Shown here: positions 63,165 through 64,000 of the stretch, one piece after another
Layout of the letters: every line of letters begins with the position of its first letter
Numbering within the stretch: position 1 is the stretch's first letter
Sequence record: PQ182779.1
Strand: one strand, 5' to 3'
DNA length: 64,000 nt
Position numbers and translations under genes: made by a program
Notes under the pieces: model-generated
Told to the model about the DNA's origin: nothing
Seen by the model: only the letters and a program-made list of their open reading frames with translations
Database searches by the model: none

Positions 63165-64000
63165 ATGTCCTTGTTTAACGAAGAAGACGATGCACCGTCA
63201 CAGCCCCTTCCCCAGTTTAAAGCGAACAAAACCCCGTATCGGGATATTGCCATCGATACCGCCTATACGCCCGTAGGAACAATCCTGACGACGATAGAAG
63301 GGAAACGTTGGCCGGTGACGTGGTACAGTCAAATTCTGAACGGCGATAACGCGCCAGCGGGCTTACAGGTTTCTCGTCTTGAAATCAACCAACAGTACAA
63401 GAAGATCAATAACCTTGAACTGAAAGTAACAGAACCTATTCAAGTCAGTCCAGAATTCCGACCAGAAATCCAGGAATTCACTGTTCGTGGTGGAGCGAAC
63501 ATGTACCCGGGCGTACGGCCAAACGTGGGAGACCTTTTCACGGCAACCCTGTTGGACGGACGTGTAGGGATTTTCCAGGTGTCAGCGCCACCGGAGCAAC
63601 GCTCTATCTACATGCAGTCCACGTACCGCATTGAATACGTCATGCGGGATTTCCTTAACGCTGATTACGCAAAGAAGCTCGTTGACAAAACGGTCGAAGA
63701 ATACTTCTTTATTCCCAGCTTCCTGGATTCCGGGATTAACCCCGTTATTTCAGATTCTGCGCATGGCGACTACCAAAGTCTGATGGAATGGCGAGAAAAG
63801 ATCCCGATGTTCCATCTCAGCAAGTTCTACGATAAGGAATACGCCACGCTGACCTTACCGGGTCAAGGACGGAATATCATTTACGATCCTTTCCTGACCA
63901 CCTTTGTAGCGGCGCTCTGGTCCCATGAAAATATCGGCTCGTTTCATGGGATGGCTTTCCTTAACGTGATGGACGGTACTATCAGAGAGATCAAAACCGT
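63165..64000 (+). CDS. Virion structural protein, truncated by the window end
   Basis: ATG 63165 with AGGAG RBS; open to the edge (MSLFNEEDDAPSQ...IEGKRWPVTWYSQ...). Confidence 0.7.
   Translation, partial: MSLFNEEDDAPSQPLPQFKANKTPYRDIAIDTAYTPVGTILTTIEGKRWPVTWYSQILNGDNAPAGLQVSRLEINQQYKKINNLELKVTEPIQVSPEFRPEIQEFTVRGGANMYPGVRPNVGDLFTATLLDGRVGIFQVSAPPEQRSIYMQSTYRIEYVMRDFLNADYAKKLVDKTVEEYFFIPSFLDSGINPVISDSAHGDYQSLMEWREKIPMFHLSKFYDKEYATLTLPGQGRNIIYDPFLTTFVAALWSHENIGSFHGMAFLNVMDGTIREIKT

Overview
This 64-kb window is best read as part of a phiKZ-like nucleus-forming jumbo phage genome (Chimalliviridae), probably infecting an enterobacterium. All family assignments come from motifs, synteny and recall; no database searches were run. 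Layout: (1) 1-11.4 kb is the conserved early block: gp68-like nvRNAP specificity subunit, a probable PicA/Imp1 nuclear-import factor, two non-virion RNA polymerase subunits, and an SF2 helicase carrying a class-3 mini-intein in its Walker A motif. (2) 11.5-34 kb is an accessory region with two GNATs, a macrodomain, a transglutaminase-like protein, duplicated AAA+ ATPases, HTH proteins, a TAXI-type solute-binding protein, a frameshifted TOPRIM gene and nine canonical tRNAs. (3) 34-64 kb is the conserved virion/replication block: SNF2-like helicase, vRNAP beta-prime subunit, split family-B DNA polymerase, baseplate and inner-head proteins. The most striking signal is non-coding, at 21.7-29.6 kb. 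It holds two circularly permuted tRNA mimics (T-arm, closed acceptor stem, D-arm; YrlA/Y-RNA-like topology) co-transcribed with a conserved coiled-coil protein, two tRNA bodies whose anticodon loop is replaced by 30- and 40-nt hairpin inserts, a pseudoknot-rich 150-nt domain, and an RNA resembling the tRNA-elbow-binding S-domain of RNase P. Several of these loci follow a shared TATGAAC motif. Together they are a candidate undescribed phage tRNA-mimic/RNP system. No rRNA, CRISPR array or IS element was found.
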